This document shows positions 61,097 to 64,000 of a DNA stretch of 64,000 nt, in pieces. Each line of letters opens with the position of its first letter. Within the stretch, counting starts at the first letter, position 1. The position numbers and the translations under genes are program-made. The notes beneath the pieces are model-generated. The model had not been told where the DNA came from and made no database searches. It saw only the letters and a program-made list of their open reading frames with translations. The stretch is from Raja brachyura (taxonomy: Eukaryota): the NCBI GenBank assembly GCA_963514005.1, contig OY740795.1:33480001-33544000 (forward strand), in the 5' to 3' direction.

Positions 61097-62052
61097 GTTA
61101 ACATTGTTGTTGGTTAAATAGATGTCAGAAATCAGTGTGGATATGTTCTGATTTTATTTTACTAGTTTAATAACTAGCATGCATATCTCTCATATTTAAG
61201 ACCAGTGTATTTTGGCGCTTTATTCTAATAGACAAATAGCTTTATCTTTGCCAGAAGATACATGCAGAGACAGGTCCTGGGGATTTTCATTATTTAGTGC
61301 TTTTGGCAGTTGGGTATGCAAAGCAGCATATTAACAGATGCAGATGCAATGCATTATAAGTGTTTGTTTTTCAACAAAGTAAGGATTCAATACTTAAATG
61401 TACTTTTCAAACAGAAAGATGAAAGCCCATTTATTATTAAACATCTAAAGGGAATTTATCTATGGATATAGCTTTCGGGATTACGAGACAAAAAAAGAAC
61501 CTCAGGCTATCTAGTCTAGACCAATACCCAAAACATTCTGCTTCTTTAACTCAATATGAAAATATGCCATATGAAATTCACAACATAATAAGAATCCACT
61601 GGAATTTACTTTGGAACAATAGGTACGTGCGATGACATTCCAAAGAAATAGCACGTAAACCTACATTAGATATGGAGTTCATGTACGCACAAGCCTAAAG
61701 TTAAAAAGACATGCAGATACATTGGTGAATCATTGTAAGGGCTTTCTAGCATATAGATTCTCCCCTAAGTTGTTTTGATTGCTTGGGGTGGGGTGAGCGT
61801 GTGGAAGATAAATTATTTCTATAGTGTCAAGGCAAGCAAACAACAGATAATAATGGATCATTGCAGATACAAATTCACAATGGATTCCAGAACACCAGAA
61901 AAATGTGAAATACAAGCCCTCTTTTACCTCATAAATGTAAGTATTCATTTGTAAAACCTATGAGAAAATAAGCAGGCATAAACACAGACCATTGCTGTCA
62001 TGTTCCGTAAAACAACTACTTAGGGTGAGTGACATTATAATGTGCCAACTTC

Positions 62053-62125
62053 TATGTTGCTTGACCCACTGAGTTACTCCAACATTTTTTGCTTTTTATG
62101 TAAACTTGCATCTGCAGTTCCATCT
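62053..62125 (+). mobile_element. Penelope-derived repeat body without ribozyme core
   Basis: ttgacccactgagttactccaacatttttt...gcatctgcagttcc. Confidence 0.6.
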
Positions 62126-64000
62126 CATGCTATCTTTTGTGACTGCCCCCCAGATTCAGATTCAAATAGGGTTATTGTTATATATACCAGGGTACAATAA
62201 CATTCCTTGTTCACGTGAAGCTCATTGAGTAAACAGTATACATAATGATAAATACAACAAATACGACATGTGCAAAACAGCAGAATGGTACAAGATTGTG
62301 GTGCAATCCTTATTATCCTAATGTAAAGTAAGAATTTATTTGAAAATAATGAAACCATATAACCCTCACAAATTTCAAGTATATACCACTTTGAAGCAAA
62401 AACTACATGCAATGACTATGGCTTTTTACCAATGATTCACATTAGATATAGTAATGTTGTCCTTATTATACCTTTACCTCCTTAAAAGTGTTGATTTTGC
62501 AAAGGAAGAGTTTCTCAGCCTTCTAGATCTCTGGTGCTGGTTATTTTTCGTTTGTCAATAAGGCGCTTCTGACATGAAGGGTATCATAGGCCCAAGAATA
62601 ATGCTTCTGCGTCTTCTAAGACCCAAGGTTACTCAATGTGGTGTAGCTAAAAATCAAGCTAACTTGGCAAAAAACAGCGAGCAAATGTGGGAGTTTCATA
62701 TGTGCACAATACAGCGGGATGCAGAGGCATTATGCATTGGGTCATCAAGAGAGATCAGCTATTTGAATCTTACTCAGGGATATATGTTTGAAAGTCAACA
62801 TGCCTAAAGGATTGTTTAAGCTTATACATGGTATGATTTATAGACAGTTTTAATCTTTGTTTACACATCAGATTTATTTTTAAGTGAATCTGGTAAAAGA
62901 TTCACCTCCTGAGAGTTACATGTATTGTAAGCACTTACAATGGACTTTTACACAAAAGGCTGCAGATTGTCTACTGGTATAACAATAATATCACGGCAGT
63001 AAAGACATGGAGAGGAACACTGAGAAATGTGCTTGACTTGCATTGATGATGTTCAGTCAACAGGAGATATCAGTGTGGAGTGGCAACATGATGCCACTTC
63101 ACTGCCTTGTGCCCTGACAAAATGAAATCTGATATTAGAGATCTACCACAGTTTAAATACAGAGGTATCAAAGAGGAATTACAATTGAGTGGTGTTTTTC
63201 AAAGAGGGGAATAAATCTCACAATGCTCTGCCGAGTTGAGAAGCGTGATGGATGCTGGGCAGCAGGGAACATTAGGGAAGGAGTTGGGGTGTAGAGCTAA
63301 ATGTATAAATAGTTTTCAAAAGGTTTCCAAGAGCAAGCAGGAGGCTAAGTAATCTCCCCAATGACTTGGGGAGGAATTTCCAGTGAACAGGAAGATAATT
63401 GCTGAGAGACCATCAATGTGGACCAATGGGGAATGAGGAGTGCTGATGTTGTCAATACTAGGGATACCAGGGATGCATTCAGGGCAGGGTGAACAAGGGA
63501 TTGAGAAGTAAATTGGAAATGTTTACCTTACTCAAATCAGCACTGGTGCCTTATACTTTCGACATTAGTGTGGATGAATTTGGTCATTTCCTGGGTTAAA
63601 GAAGCTTGTGGGGTGAGCAGAGAAAAATCAGTGATATAAACTCACAAGGTAACTTGAAACAGTTTACATTATCTTCTTTGATAACTGAACTCATCTCAAC
63701 TTCTACGTGATATCATCTACAATTGACAGTGTGAATTTGTATTACCACCAGATCCCCCAAATAAAGCTTGCAGTTATGTCAATATATGAATAAGCATGAT
63801 CCAGTTTTTAAAAAGTCAGGAGGTACAAGATCCTTTTTCTGAAAGTGAATATAACATTAGAAAGTTTTCTTATTAAATGTTATTTAATTGAACGAAAAGG
63901 TATTTATGAAGAGATATATAATATACAACAAATTAATGTCTGATGGAATAACAGAATGTTCAAACTAGCCTGCTCCCAAACAGTTCCTAGTAAGGAGATA

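Larger units (their letters stand above)
6423..64000 (-). other. vti1a: last intron of vti1a (more than 57 kb, continues beyond the window)
   Basis: Lies upstream of the acceptor at 6423-6424. I could not find the preceding exon (LRETDANLGKSSRILTGMLR-like). The orthologous mammalian intron is known to be very large. Confidence 0.7.

Overview
AT-rich eukaryotic DNA, most likely a cartilaginous fish such as a skate or ray. This is inferred from the repeat content: HE1-like V-SINEs, CR1/HER1 LINEs, a Deu-domain SINE and Penelope-derived repeats. The only host coding sequence I can support is the last coding exon of vti1a (SNARE transmembrane anchor, IIQNRIVVFILGAIILLSIVLAIYFAVRGH*) at 6329-6422 on the minus strand, which the ORF track misses. 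Its probable 3' UTR lies to the left. Everything from 6423 to the window end appears to be one very long intron, in which I found no upstream exon. The intron mixes TE-free, enhancer-like blocks with many transposons: a full-length but disrupted Passport-like Tc1, a 1.6 kb non-autonomous hAT with long hairpins, seven modular PIF/Harbinger MITEs, a foldback-like composite, and RTE, Rex1 and CR1 remnants. The two most interesting signals are (i) more than ten dispersed repeats carrying a minimal hammerhead-ribozyme core, some as head-to-head palindromes and two carried as cargo in DNA-transposon MITEs, and (ii) an SVA-like non-autonomous retroelement with a GC-rich VNTR bracketed by inverted repeats. 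All calls come from reading by eye with no database search. Boundaries of decayed repeats are approximate.
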